Assembly: GCA_965261995.1 (NCBI GenBank)
Contig: CBDHEH010000001.1
Span: forward strand, 6,036 to 70,035
DNA from: Dehalococcoidia bacterium
GTDB taxonomy: Bacteria > Chloroflexota > Dehalococcoidia > Lucifugimonadales > Lucifugimonadaceae
DNA: 64,000 nucleotides
Direction: 5' to 3'
Shown here: piece after piece, positions 1 through 9,272 of the stretch
Position numbering within the stretch: the stretch's first letter is position 1
Layout of the letters: the number at the start of each line of letters is the position of its first letter
Program-made: the position numbers and the translations under genes
The notes under the pieces: generated by a model
The model's database searches: none
The model's input: the letters and a program-made list of their open reading frames with translations, nothing else
What the model was told of the DNA's origin: nothing

Positions 1-469
1 CAGCGGGATCGGCGCCGATGGCGTCGGCAAGAGATTCTGGCGTGGCTTCTTTGCCGCTGGCTTGCTTGTCGCTGAACGCGAACGGATGAATCGCGGACGT
101 GTCGCAGGTTGCGGCGAGGACGGAGAGTCCGGGTCCCTGTTCGAGTTCTCGTCCAGCGCCGATCACGCCAGATCCAGAGCAACCGATCAACACTTCGGGA
201 CCGAGTTGCCGGTGAAGTTCGGGCAGAATGCTCTCGAAATTCTGATACTTCGGAGCCGATGCGAATACTAGAGCAAGATCGGGAATTTCGCCGTCGAGTT
301 GTGCTCTGATGTCGTCGCACATCGCCTCGACTTCTGTTGGCTCATCGTAGTTTTCGCACAGTGCGGCGGCGAAACAATCAGAGCGCGTCCGCCGATTTGG
401 AGCCTCTTTAACAGAACTCGATCGCGCCAACACGTTGGAACTCGAGCCCCACGGAAACTCTGCTTGCAT
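1..469 (-). CDS. FIST-domain sensory protein, N-terminal part (gene runs off the left edge)
   Basis: Absent from the ORF track because it is open at the edge. Reverse-strand reading from ATG 469-467 has a GGAGAAGGA SD just upstream and an in-frame TGA 10 codons upstream. It gives MQAEFPWG...DLALVFASAPKYQNFESILPELHRQLGPEVLIGCSGSGVIGAGRELEQGPGLSVLAA, which resembles FIST_N domains. Confidence 0.55.
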   Translation of the reverse strand, partial: MQAEFPWGSSSNVLARSSSVKEAPNRRTRSDCFAAALCENYDEPTEVEAMCDDIRAQLDGEIPDLALVFASAPKYQNFESILPELHRQLGPEVLIGCSGSGVIGAGRELEQGPGLSVLAATCDTSAIHPFAFSDKQASGKEATPESLADAIGADPA

Positions 470-625
470 GAAGCGTCCTTCTCCAAATTCCTGCGTTCAT
501 CAGGCACCACGTAGATCCTCGTCCACCACGTCATCCTTTGTGATGCGTGATGTTGATTTTGGCAGAGCGAGCGGAGTCGAAACAATATCGACTGTGACGA
601 ATCACCCTCAATCTTGGCGGGTGGT

Positions 626-1951
626 TCACATCCGCGATAGTGCTCGCCGCGCCGCCTCGATGGTCGTCTCGATCTGTTTTTCGGTGTGGGCAGATGACAT
701 ATGCACGCGACCATTTGAGGAAAGACGGACTCCTTCCCTCATCATCTCGGACGCGAACTGCGCGTAGCGAACATCATCGCACTTTGTGGCATGGTCGCGA
801 TAGTTGCGGATAACGTCTCCGCTGCGATTAAACGAGATGCCAAAAACGCTGCCTAAACCTTGGACATGGATCTCGGTTTCGGTCTCCATTCCGACTTGGC
901 GAAGGCCATCGATCAATCGCTCGCCTCGACGATTCACGTCAGCGTAGAACGTATCGCCTTGCGATTTGATATGCGTGAGGGTTGCGTGGGCAGCGGCGAT
1001 CGACATGACATTTGAGTTGAAGCTTCCACCGTGGTAAACCTCTCCGCTGCCGAGCATGTCCATGATTTCGCGGCGCCCGGCGAGCATGGCGATTGGGAAA
1101 CCGGCGGCGATCGATTTCGCATAGGTGGCGAGATCGGGCGTGATTCCGAGGAACTCTTGGGCGCCGCCATAGGCGACGCGGAAGCCGGTAATCACTTCGT
1201 CGAAGATTATCAAGGCACCGTGTTCATGTGCAAGTTCTTTGGCTGCTTCGAGGTAACCCGGCTCGGGCATGATGCAGTTGGTGTTGGCGTTGATCGGTTC
1301 CATGATGACCGCGGCTACTTCGCCTCGGTTGCGTTCGAATGCGTCTTCCAAGCGATCTATGTCGTTCCACTGGCACGGAATCGCCTGTTGTGCGGCGCCG
1401 GGGTCCATACCTGCTGATTCGCCGACTGGCGTTGGGGCGTCAACATTTCCTGCTTGATCCAGCGAAGGGTGGACGGAATGGTTCACGCTGTCCATCCAGC
1501 CGTGGTAGTGGCCTTCGAATCTGATGAACTTCGATTTGCCGGTCCAGCCCCGTGCGAGACGGAGGACGAGTTGGACGATCTCGGTACCGGAGCCGGCGAA
1601 GCGGACGGTGCAGTCTTCGATGGGAATGGCGGCAGCGGCCATCTCAGCGACTTCTAGTTCGCGCTCGAATTGTGCGGCGAAGATGTAGCCGTTACCCATG
1701 TCCCCGGCGACTTGCTGGGAGACGAATTCGGGAGCGTGGCCGAAGAGGTTGGGACCCATGCCTTGGATGTAGTCGATGTACTCGTTACCGTCGGCGTCCC
1801 ACATTAGAGCGCCTTGGGCACGGTCGAAGAAGAGGGGTTCGCCGCCGGGTTCGTTGAGCCTTATCTGGGAGGAGATGCCACCGGCGACTACGCGTCGGGC
1901 GCGTTCCATGAGTTGGCGGGATTTGGTTCGGTTGGGTTGTGATTTTGACAT
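626..1951 (-). CDS. Class-III (PLP) aminotransferase, glutamate-1-semialdehyde aminomutase-like
   Basis: 441 aa with an ATG start. Motifs seen: GGISSQIR, DADGNEYIDY, GSGTEIVQLVLRLARGWTGKSKFIRFEGHYHGW, and a PLP-Lys context YAKSIAAGFP, all typical of the HemL/class-III fold. Confidence 0.85.
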   Translation of the reverse strand: MSKSQPNRTKSRQLMERARRVVAGGISSQIRLNEPGGEPLFFDRAQGALMWDADGNEYIDYIQGMGPNLFGHAPEFVSQQVAGDMGNGYIFAAQFERELEVAEMAAAAIPIEDCTVRFAGSGTEIVQLVLRLARGWTGKSKFIRFEGHYHGWMDSVNHSVHPSLDQAGNVDAPTPVGESAGMDPGAAQQAIPCQWNDIDRLEDAFERNRGEVAAVIMEPINANTNCIMPEPGYLEAAKELAHEHGALIIFDEVITGFRVAYGGAQEFLGITPDLATYAKSIAAGFPIAMLAGRREIMDMLGSGEVYHGGSFNSNVMSIAAAHATLTHIKSQGDTFYADVNRRGERLIDGLRQVGMETETEIHVQGLGSVFGISFNRSGDVIRNYRDHATKCDDVRYAQFASEMMREGVRLSSNGRVHMSSAHTEKQIETTIEAARRALSRM

Positions 1952-1957
1952 TGGTGG

Positions 1958-2326
1958 CTACTCGTCGTTATGCGGGTTGACAAGGCAGAATTCATTTCCT
2001 TCGGGATCTTGCATGACGATCCATTGGGTGTCGCCGAATTCGCGTTCCGCCACTAGTTTCGCGCCTAAGGCTACGATGCGCTCTGCTTCCGATTTGAGGT
2101 CGTCGGTTTTGAACTCCAGATGCAGACGATTCTTGGCGGTCTTGGTTTCCGGGACTTGGATGATGATGATGCGCGGGGCGCTCGAATGTTCTGAAGTCAC
2201 AACTGCGACATATGGATAGTGTGATTCGGTGATTTTGTAGCCCGCGACGGCGCACCAGAACTCGGCCAGCGATTGGACATCGTTGGCATCCATTGCTAGT
2301 CCATGGAATTCGAAATCAGATGGCAT
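1958..2326 (-). CDS. VOC/glyoxalase-like family protein
   Basis: 122 aa. Pattern HLEFKTDDL...GAKLV...WIVMQDPEGNEFCL is typical of glyoxalase-like domains. Confidence 0.7.
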   Translation of the reverse strand: MPSDFEFHGLAMDANDVQSLAEFWCAVAGYKITESHYPYVAVVTSEHSSAPRIIIIQVPETKTAKNRLHLEFKTDDLKSEAERIVALGAKLVAEREFGDTQWIVMQDPEGNEFCLVNPHNDE

Positions 2327-2382
2327 TGGTCAATCCTTTTGGCAAGAAGCGTCTGTCGAAAAATAGGTAGCGTAGGTGTGCT

Positions 2383-4044
2383 TCATGCGATCAATTCTGC
2401 GCTCGATTCTGCGTCAACTCCGAACGGCTCTCGTATGTCTTCCAACCCTCCTTGTCTACCGGTGTCGCGTTGTGTTCGCTGAGAGTCTTGGTACATCCCC
2501 GGATTGGGCGGCATCTCGAACTCGTCGTTCTTAAGGAGGTCTTCGATGGTGCGGATCTGGATTTTGGGATAGTCTCTCTGCCACAGTTCGGAATGGTAAA
2601 AACCCGCGCTTACTGCCTCTGAGATCATGGCGCGCGTCGGATTTTCCAAAGTGATGAAAAGCCCCAATGCGGCATCCTCTCGTTCCACAGTGCCAACTAA
2701 GTCGCGGATATGTGCGACTGACACTCTTCCGCTCTTGACTTGGATTATCGCTCGGTGTGTAGATCTACGAGGACCGTTGATGAAATGGAGTATGCCGTCG
2801 ATGCCTCTGTCAGCGCCGCGATGGTCGTATTGCTGAGGTCGTGCCCCCAACAATGACAAAGCCCAGAACTCGAACTGGTGTCTGTCCTGCTCTGCCAGTG
2901 CACGTGCGCTGCCGACATCGACGGGTTCGCCGATCACTGAGTAATCTTCGCTTTGGGAGATGCCAAAACTCGTTTTTAGGCGATGCTTCATCAGGGCGAC
3001 GGCCAAGTGGGTAATGTCAATCCCGATCCAGCTACGGTCGTGCCTTTCCGCTACTGCGACGGCGGTGCCGCAACCGCAGAACGGGTCCAGCACAACATCG
3101 CCCGGATTGGAAGACGCTCGAATAATCCGTTCCAGCAGAGCTTCAGGTTTCTGAGTCGGGTAGCCCAGCCGCTCCCTTGCTTGCGAGTTTATCGGCGGGA
3201 TGTCCTCCCACAACGATTGAACGGGTCTTCCTCTCCCTTCGTCCAAGTAACGCTTTCGGCGGATGCCGCCCGATTGAGTGAAATGCAACCTGCCTTCATC
3301 ATCCAAGCGCTCCATCGTTTCCAATGGCACTCGCCACAATGTCGTGACGCCTTTGTATTCGTATTCGTAGCCGCCCCCTGTCAATCCTTTCGCCGAGAGA
3401 CTATCGTCCTGCCAGAGTCGCCCGTCCGCATCCTCGTTGCGGAACCGAGATATGTAGCCGTCATCGTAGGGTTGATATTGCTGATGCCAAGTCCAGTTGT
3501 CGCTCTTGGTGTAGAAGAGGATGGTGTCGGTGTTCCTGCCAAAACGATTGGCGTCACTGTGGGCAAAGGTGCGCTTCCAAGTGATTTCGTTGCGGAAGTT
3601 GGCGATGCCGAAGACCGTATCCATCACGCTTTTTAGGTAATGACTGGCCGTTGGATCGCAGTGGAGATAGATTGAACCGGTGGGTTTCAAGACTCGGTGA
3701 AGTTCGACCAAGCGGGGTGTCATCATCACTAGGTATGCCATCAAAGCGTTGCGGCCCACAAAATCGCGGAACGCGGAGATCATGTCCTTGACGCTCGGCG
3801 GTACCTCCGGGTTCAGGATTATGTCTTGCTCGTAAGAGCGTTCCGTTTCTTGAGTCCATTCCCAAGAATCAGTGAATGCTTTGATCTGCGCGGGAGAACC
3901 CTGGCCGGTCTGCTCTTTGAAGAGCACGTTGTATGTGGCGTTGGAATTGAACGGGGGATCGAGATAAACGAGGTCTACCGACTCGTCATCAAGGTACCGA
4001 CGCAAGACCTCAAAATTGTCGCCGTAGTAAAGGGTGTTTTGCAT
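2383..4044 (-). CDS. Beta-class N6/N4 DNA methyltransferase fused to a C-terminal Mrr-like (PD-(D/E)xK) nuclease domain
   Basis: 553 aa. DPPF (motif [12 protein letters not shown]) near the N-terminus precedes DPFCGCGT (motif I). The C-terminal ~130 aa carry [10 protein letters not shown]...[10 protein letters not shown]...IIQVKSG...GLFITL, matching the Mrr D...QxK layout. Confidence 0.8.
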   Translation of the reverse strand: MQNTLYYGDNFEVLRRYLDDESVDLVYLDPPFNSNATYNVLFKEQTGQGSPAQIKAFTDSWEWTQETERSYEQDIILNPEVPPSVKDMISAFRDFVGRNALMAYLVMMTPRLVELHRVLKPTGSIYLHCDPTASHYLKSVMDTVFGIANFRNEITWKRTFAHSDANRFGRNTDTILFYTKSDNWTWHQQYQPYDDGYISRFRNEDADGRLWQDDSLSAKGLTGGGYEYEYKGVTTLWRVPLETMERLDDEGRLHFTQSGGIRRKRYLDEGRGRPVQSLWEDIPPINSQARERLGYPTQKPEALLERIIRASSNPGDVVLDPFCGCGTAVAVAERHDRSWIGIDITHLAVALMKHRLKTSFGISQSEDYSVIGEPVDVGSARALAEQDRHQFEFWALSLLGARPQQYDHRGADRGIDGILHFINGPRRSTHRAIIQVKSGRVSVAHIRDLVGTVEREDAALGLFITLENPTRAMISEAVSAGFYHSELWQRDYPKIQIRTIEDLLKNDEFEMPPNPGMYQDSQRTQRDTGRQGGLEDIREPFGVDAESSAELIA

Positions 4045-4171
4045 TTTCGAGGACTATGTAATTCGATGAACTTGCAACATGTGGCGTTGATGTAAATCAA
4101 GCGTACCACCGCGTTTCGAATTCGTCGGTCACCGTTGGCACAAACACCCGTTCACAGATTTGATGCACAAG

Positions 4172-4882
4172 TCAGACACCATCGGCAAACACCGTCCTGA
4201 GGGTTTCAATTTGGTCGGCGACCATCATCATGTAGTTGGGGGTCCAGAAGGGAAGAGTCTCGTGCCAGATGACGCCTAGTTCAAGGTCGTGGCCAGCTTT
4301 GGCGGGGTCGAACCATTCGAGAGTCCGTGGGCCAAGGTCCGCGTCTTCGTCATCGATGGGTGGCAGATCTGGGATGTTTGGGTTGAAGTAGCTGACGCAG
4401 TGCCATTTGGGGACGGTGATGAGGGTCGGTTCGTCGTTTTTGTCGTTTTTGACGCCGAAGACCCAGTTATGGTGGGACTGGCCGAACCAATAGTTGGAGC
4501 GCCAGTGGACGAACTCTCGGTGTTTGACTGGGAGGCCGATGAAACCGGCTTTGGCGATGCGGGGAAGCCAGTTGAGGCCGGTGATTGGGTCGCGAATGTC
4601 TTCCAATACATGGGAAATGATGGCGAAGTCGAAGGGTCCGTCGGCTTCGAGTTGTCGCCAGATGTCTTCGCTGTTTACATCACCGATGTAGAGTCTCTTG
4701 TCGGTATCGAATGGGTAGACATCCACATATGCGTCGACGAGTTCGTCTGCCCATGGGTTGTGGCGTCCGCCGATATCGACAACGGTGTAGTCGGGGTTGG
4801 CTGCTTTGTTGCGACGGATCTCATCGAGCATCTGGGCTCGGAAGGTGTCTTTGTCGCCGTCGGTGTAGTTGATTATCGGCAT
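4172..4882 (-). CDS. Class-I SAM-methyltransferase-fold protein (degenerate motif I), function unknown
   Basis: 236 aa. VVDIGGRHNPW and FDFAIISHVLEDIRDP resemble motif I and the post-III region of Methyltransf_11/23-type proteins. Confidence 0.5.
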   Translation of the reverse strand: MPIINYTDGDKDTFRAQMLDEIRRNKAANPDYTVVDIGGRHNPWADELVDAYVDVYPFDTDKRLYIGDVNSEDIWRQLEADGPFDFAIISHVLEDIRDPITGLNWLPRIAKAGFIGLPVKHREFVHWRSNYWFGQSHHNWVFGVKNDKNDEPTLITVPKWHCVSYFNPNIPDLPPIDDEDADLGPRTLEWFDPAKAGHDLELGVIWHETLPFWTPNYMMMVADQIETLRTVFADGV

Positions 4883-4889
4883 GTTGGTC

Positions 4890-5819
4890 TTAGACGAGGT
4901 ACTTTTTGTTGACTTTGCAGATGTAAGAGTAGGTGGGATTGACGAATTGGGTTACTCGGGCTTCGAGGCACTGGGCGAGGAAGATGAAGGCTTCACCTTG
5001 GGTCATTCCGTAGTCGGCTTCGAGCCAGAGGATCATTTCGGAGAGGGCGATGCGGAATGCATCTTCGGCTGGCTTTTCGATGCCGGTCGTCATGATGTGC
5101 GTATCGTTTTCGATGCGCGGCCAAGTCATCTCTTTCGGCATCGGGGAAAGTTCGACTTTCATCGTGACGGAGCCACCAGTTTCGATGCCGCCGCCACCGC
5201 AGATCTCGCCGTCGCCTTGTCGGGCGTGCATGTCGCCTACGTGGAGCAGTGCTCCGGGGTGGTAAACGGGGAGGTGGAGTTTTGCTCCGTTGGTGACTTC
5301 TTGGATGTCGAAGTTTCCGCCCCACTGCCCTGCCCAGCTGTTGGTTCGGGACTCGCGTTCGGGTGCTACGCCGACCACTCCGAGCATGGGTTCGACGGGG
5401 AATGTGAGTTTGTCGTTCCAGATAATCCATTGATTTTCGACGTCGATGCGGCAGATACGGAATTGTGGTCCGATGTTTGAGGGTCCGAGGTATCCGGGCA
5501 TTGCTCCGGTGGAGCCTCCGTATCTGGTCCAGCCGACGGGATGGGTTTTGATTTCGCCGATGTGGACGGTGAGCATTTGTCCGGGTTTGGCACCTTCGAC
5601 GTAGGTGCAACCGGACGATGCGTTGCCGCGGTCGGTGGGTTGGGAGTCGGATCGGTAGGTGTTGTAGAGGTCTCGGATGTCGTCTGGGACGAGTTCGGCG
5701 TTGGGGCCGCGGTTCATCTGAGTCTGGACTTCGAACCATTCGCCGGGTTCAACGCGGAGGGTTACGGGGTTGGCGGCGGAGTGTTCGTAGTAGAGGGTTT
5801 CTCGGGTTGCGATTTTCAT
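4890..5819 (-). CDS. Acetamidase/formamidase family amidohydrolase
   Basis: 309 aa. The segment YVEGAKPGQMLTVHIGEIK and the overall FmdA/AmdA-like pattern support the call. Confidence 0.75.
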   Translation of the reverse strand: MKIATRETLYYEHSAANPVTLRVEPGEWFEVQTQMNRGPNAELVPDDIRDLYNTYRSDSQPTDRGNASSGCTYVEGAKPGQMLTVHIGEIKTHPVGWTRYGGSTGAMPGYLGPSNIGPQFRICRIDVENQWIIWNDKLTFPVEPMLGVVGVAPERESRTNSWAGQWGGNFDIQEVTNGAKLHLPVYHPGALLHVGDMHARQGDGEICGGGGIETGGSVTMKVELSPMPKEMTWPRIENDTHIMTTGIEKPAEDAFRIALSEMILWLEADYGMTQGEAFIFLAQCLEARVTQFVNPTYSYICKVNKKYLV

Positions 5820-5872
5820 TTGTTCGTCTCAGCTAGAAAGGGTTTTGATCTACGTGAAGTTTAATGGTTGTG

Positions 5873-5910
5873 CCCTCACCCTAACCCTCTCCCGCCGAGC
5901 GGGAGAGGGA
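5873..5910. repeat. REP-like palindromic repeat, family A (CCCTCACCCTAACCCTCTCCC-N7-GGGAGAGGG)
   Basis: Read directly from the sequence. The 7-9 bp stem is CTCTCCC/GGGAGAG. It lies just downstream of the HAD gene stop. Confidence 0.85.
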
Positions 5911-5961
5911 AAACAGCACTCCCGAGTTAACTCTTTTGCTTCCCATGTTGTGTGGATCGGT

Positions 5962-6690
5962 TCATGCGAGGAGTTTTGTGGCTAGGTCTGGGAAGTCTGT
6001 GGCAACGAAGTCGATTTTGGGATCGGCGGTGGCGGTTGCTATGTCGGAATAGCCGGGTGTGACGTTGGATTCGCCTTCTCGGTGGACGTATGCGGTGGAC
6101 ATTCCGGCGGCTGTTGAGTTTTTGAGGTCGTTCATATGGGCGGCGACCATCATTGTTTCCGAGGGTTGTAGGCGTAGGAGTCGGATGGCTGTGTTGTATG
6201 CGTTGGGCGGGCCTTTGTAGGCTCCGAGGAATTCGCAGGAGAGGATGCCGTCCCAGTTGATGCCGTTGTGTTTCGAGCAGTCGACGGCGATAGCGTAGCT
6301 GAGGACGGTTAGGACGATCATGGTGTACCGGGTTCTGAGCCGGTGAATTGCGTCGGCAGCGCCGGGCCAGGCTCGGAGGCGATGCCAGATGTCGGCAAGG
6401 TCGTCTCGCTCTGATGTTGAAAGGGTGAGCGTTGAATGTTTTTGGAGGACATCGTCGAGGACTTGGCGGTGAATATGGTCGAGGTTTGTCCAAGGGAGTT
6501 CGGCTCGGTTGACTCGGCCGAGGATGTCAAATGACCATACGCGCCAATCGGTTGCGAACTGCTCGACGTCGACATCGGCTTCCTGATCGGTGGCCAAGCG
6601 GTGGACCTCATCTTGGACGGTGCCTCGCCAATCGAAGACGGTTCCGCCTATGTCCCATGTCAAGGCCTTGATTTTGGAGAGGTCGGTCAT
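5962..6690 (-). CDS. HAD-superfamily hydrolase (haloacid dehalogenase type II-like)
   Basis: 242 aa. The N-terminal WDIGGTVFDW is a motif I variant. The length and C-terminal region are HAD-like. Confidence 0.65.
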   Translation of the reverse strand: MTDLSKIKALTWDIGGTVFDWRGTVQDEVHRLATDQEADVDVEQFATDWRVWSFDILGRVNRAELPWTNLDHIHRQVLDDVLQKHSTLTLSTSERDDLADIWHRLRAWPGAADAIHRLRTRYTMIVLTVLSYAIAVDCSKHNGINWDGILSCEFLGAYKGPPNAYNTAIRLLRLQPSETMMVAAHMNDLKNSTAAGMSTAYVHREGESNVTPGYSDIATATADPKIDFVATDFPDLATKLLA

Positions 6691-6876
6691 TTCTTGTAGG
6701 CGCCTTTCAGAACTTGGGATGATGGAACGGAGTATAGATGCGGAGGATTATTGAGATTGTGTGTTGTTTGTGGGCGCGTTGAAAAGGTCTGCCGTTGAGT
6801 TGGCGAATATTTTGTTGATCGAGTCGGGTTTGACGCCCGCATTGTGTATGAGGTGAGGGACCGGCGGTCCGGCGGG

Positions 6877-6914
6877 CCCTCACCCTAGTCCTCTCCCGCC
6901 GAGCGGGAGAGGGG
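6877..6914. repeat. REP-like repeat, family A copy
   Basis: CCCTCACCCTAGTCCTCTCCCGCCGAGCGGGAGAGGGG. An additional outer hairpin pairs GGTGAGGG (6853-6860) with CCCTCACC (6877-6884). Confidence 0.85.
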
Positions 6915-7164
6915 ATCTGTAAGTCTTTTCGAATCATCGCCGCGTCTTTCGGGAGCGTGCGATTGTGGGTGAATGGTAGATAGATTTCCAGGACCTCCGA
7001 CGTCGCCAGACCGTCGGCTCTCCGGTCGACAGACTGAAAGTCGTGCCGCCCGGCGTTGCTCGATTCTTTCCTTCTCGCTAATCCTGTAGGTCACTCCAGC
7101 TCGCTCCGCTGGAATCGCTGCGTCGGCGTCGGAGAACGGCGTTCGCTCTGGACCTTGAACGGGC

Positions 7165-7220
7165 ACCCCTCCCTTGCCCTTCCCCTCTGGATTCCGGCTT
7201 TCGCCGGAATGACGGAGGGC
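7165..7220. repeat. REP-like repeat, family B (ATTCCGGC-TTTC-GCCGGAAT hairpin flanked by CCCTCC/GGAGGG)
   Basis: Perfect 8-bp stem at 7191-7198 and 7203-7210. Its reverse translation gives the VIPAKAGIQ-type pseudo-peptide typical of intergenic REP elements. Confidence 0.75.
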
Positions 7221-7750
7221 CCGCCGTGAACGACGGGGTTTGGCAAGGGTAGTTTGTCCGTCTGGCTTGCTGGTCGAAGTCGGCGTCTACTTCGCATCCG
7301 AGCCCTTACGCCACAACGGTCTCCATACCGAAATTTGTGATCCGCGTTTCGCCCGAACTTCCTAAGCTTCTAGTAGGTGCTGCGACAGGCCTCCGTCGGC
7401 TTCTGCCCTTGGCATTTGCCTTGGGCGTCGGCTTAATAGGCCTGGGTGCCTCCCACCCGCGGACCGGTGTTTGTAAGTTGTCAGTAGCAGCATCAATAAG
7501 GAAAGTGTGCACGCTTCCCGTATCGACACGGCGATGTTCTGGGCGCCTCGGCCAGTGGACCTGTTCGGTCTTGGTTTTTGACGCTTAGTTACTGTTGTAC
7601 TACATTAGTTGTGGGGGAGTCAAGGGGATTGGCATGTTTGAACTAGGATTTGAAGGATTGGGAATGATGGGAAGGATGGGTGTGGTGTGGGAGAGGGGTG
7701 TTGCGGTGATTTTCGTGCATCCCCTGCGTGTTGCGCTTCGCTCGCACGCG

Positions 7751-7773
7751 TCCCCTTCGCAAAGCGAAGGGGA
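7751..7773. repeat. REP-like hairpin, family C (TCCCCTTCGC-AAA-GCGAAGGGGA)
   Basis: Perfect 10-bp inverted repeat read directly from the sequence. Confidence 0.75.
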
Positions 7774-7921
7774 GGGCCGCCCGCCATCCGTCTCTTTCGT
7801 GGGGGGAGAAGGGACTGCGCTGTTGTGGGAGTGGGTGCTGCGGTTATGGCGACCGTATTTAGTGTGAAATTGGTGCGACGTCTTCGGTGCGAGTTTTTGG
7901 TGTTGGGTGGATAATTGGGGT

Positions 7922-8743
7922 ATGAGTGCTCCTAGGCAGCGTGTGACGGTCCGGCGTTTTCAGCAGATGAAGGCGCGGGGTGAGTTGATCGCGATGGTTA
8001 CGGCGTATGACGCCAACCAGGGGATGTTGGTCGACGCCGCTGGAATTCCGGCGATCTTGGTTGGGGACAGTTTGGGGAATGTGGTTTTGGGATATGACTC
8101 GACGGTGCCGGTGACGGTTGAGGATATGGTGCGTGCGACTGCGGCGGTTACTCGGGGTGCGAAGCGGGCGTTTGTGGTTGCGGATATGCCGTTCGGGAGC
8201 TATCAATCAGATGTTCCGACAGCGATCAAGAACGCAGCGCGGTTGATGAAGGAAGGTGGTGCACAGTCGGTAAAGCTGGAGGGTGGGATGTCGATGGAGA
8301 AGACGATAAGCGCGCTCGTGGACGCGGGGATGCCGGTGATGGGGCATGTGGGTTTTACGCCGCAGTCGATCCATTCCTTCGGAGGGTATCGGGTGCAGGG
8401 GCGTGGCGAGAATGCGGAGCGGGTGATTGAGGATGCGTTGGCAGTGGAGCGAGCGGGAGCGTATTCAGTGGTGTTGGAGTTGATGCCTTCGGAGTTGTCG
8501 AAGGAGATTACGGAGCGGTTGACGATTCCGACGATCGGGATTGGCGCGGGTCCGCACTGCGACGGTCAGATACAGGTGCTACACGACATGTTGGGGTTGG
8601 ACCCAACTTTCCGGCCGCGTCATGCGGGTCACTACGGTGATTTCGCGGAAGCGATCACGGATGCGGTCCGGCGTTATGTGGACGATGTTGGCGAGGGGAA
8701 GTTTCCTCGGGACCAAGAGTCGCACTACTCGCGTCAGGGTTGA
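7922..8743 (+). CDS. panB: 3-methyl-2-oxobutanoate hydroxymethyltransferase
   Basis: [31 protein letters not shown]...[16 protein letters not shown]...[10 protein letters not shown]. The ORF opens at GTG 7907, but ATG 7922 fits the family N-terminus better. Confidence 0.92.
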   Translation: MSAPRQRVTVRRFQQMKARGELIAMVTAYDANQGMLVDAAGIPAILVGDSLGNVVLGYDSTVPVTVEDMVRATAAVTRGAKRAFVVADMPFGSYQSDVPTAIKNAARLMKEGGAQSVKLEGGMSMEKTISALVDAGMPVMGHVGFTPQSIHSFGGYRVQGRGENAERVIEDALAVERAGAYSVVLELMPSELSKEITERLTIPTIGIGAGPHCDGQIQVLHDMLGLDPTFRPRHAGHYGDFAEAITDAVRRYVDDVGEGKFPRDQESHYSRQG

Positions 8744-8881
8744 GGTGTGAACCGGAGATTTTGGTGTGGATTAGTCGCGGCGGTGACAACAGTGTGCGGT
8801 TTAGTCGGCTGTGTTTCGGGTTGCAAATCGCGATACGATAACGATTGATTGAGCTTACGCCTACGTCGAGGAGATGAAACG

Positions 8882-9208
8882 ATGATCTATGAGTTGCGAA
8901 TCTATGAGTGCTTTGCCGGGAAGTTGCCAAATCTGAATGCTCGGTTTGCGAACCACACGATGGAGTTGTTCGAGAAGCACGGGATCAAGAATGTCGGCTA
9001 TTGGACGCATGACGTCGGGCCTAACAGCAATGAGCTGGTCTACTTGGTGGCGTTTGAGGATGCCGGTCAGCGGGCGGAGGCTTGGGCGAGTTTCCGAGCG
9101 GATCCGGAGTGGCAGGAGGTTTTCGCGAAGTCGCACGAGGATGGGATCATCGTGAAGAATATCGAGAACCGGCTGCTGGCACCGACGGATTATTCGCCGT
9201 TGCAGTAG
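8882..9208 (+). CDS. NIPSNAP family protein
   Basis: MIYELRIYECFAGKLPNLNARFANHTMELFEKHGIKNVGYW...; ATG at 8882. Confidence 0.8.
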   Translation: MIYELRIYECFAGKLPNLNARFANHTMELFEKHGIKNVGYWTHDVGPNSNELVYLVAFEDAGQRAEAWASFRADPEWQEVFAKSHEDGIIVKNIENRLLAPTDYSPLQ

Positions 9209-9272
9209 AGGGAGGGTGTTCTTTTCCCCTCGGCATCTCGTCCTGGCATCACTCTCGATGGAGGAAAACTGA

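Noticed and set aside
268-714. 148-aa minus-strand ORF bridging the aminotransferase and the left-edge gene.
   Set aside because: It overlaps the 3' end of the aminotransferase gene and is out of frame with the FIST-like reading frame, which has an SD and a sensible translation. Its own translation is Arg/Ser-rich noise.
6940-7600. Possible tmRNA, RNase P RNA or SRP RNA hidden in the ORF-poor gap. For example, a minus-strand reading ends ...NFGMETVVA-stop, resembling a tag peptide, and AAGGAAAGTG resembles the RNase P GGAAAGTCC motif.
   Set aside because: I found no tRNA-like acceptor or T-arm (GGTTCGAATCC...CCA) and no 5' GGGG...TTCGAC motif for tmRNA. There is no GGTGCGGTAAG or ACAGAA-CCGGCTTA pair for RNase P, and no GGAAGCAGCC for SRP RNA. 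The resemblances are single short matches.
6691-7906. Replication origin in the divergent gap. There is one near-DnaA box, GGTGGATAA, at about 7906-7914, and an AT-rich patch at about 7575-7610.
   Set aside because: There is only one 8/9 box and no cluster. No dnaA or dnaN gene is nearby. An origin here would also place the 22-kb ribosomal superoperon head-on to replication, which is very unlikely.
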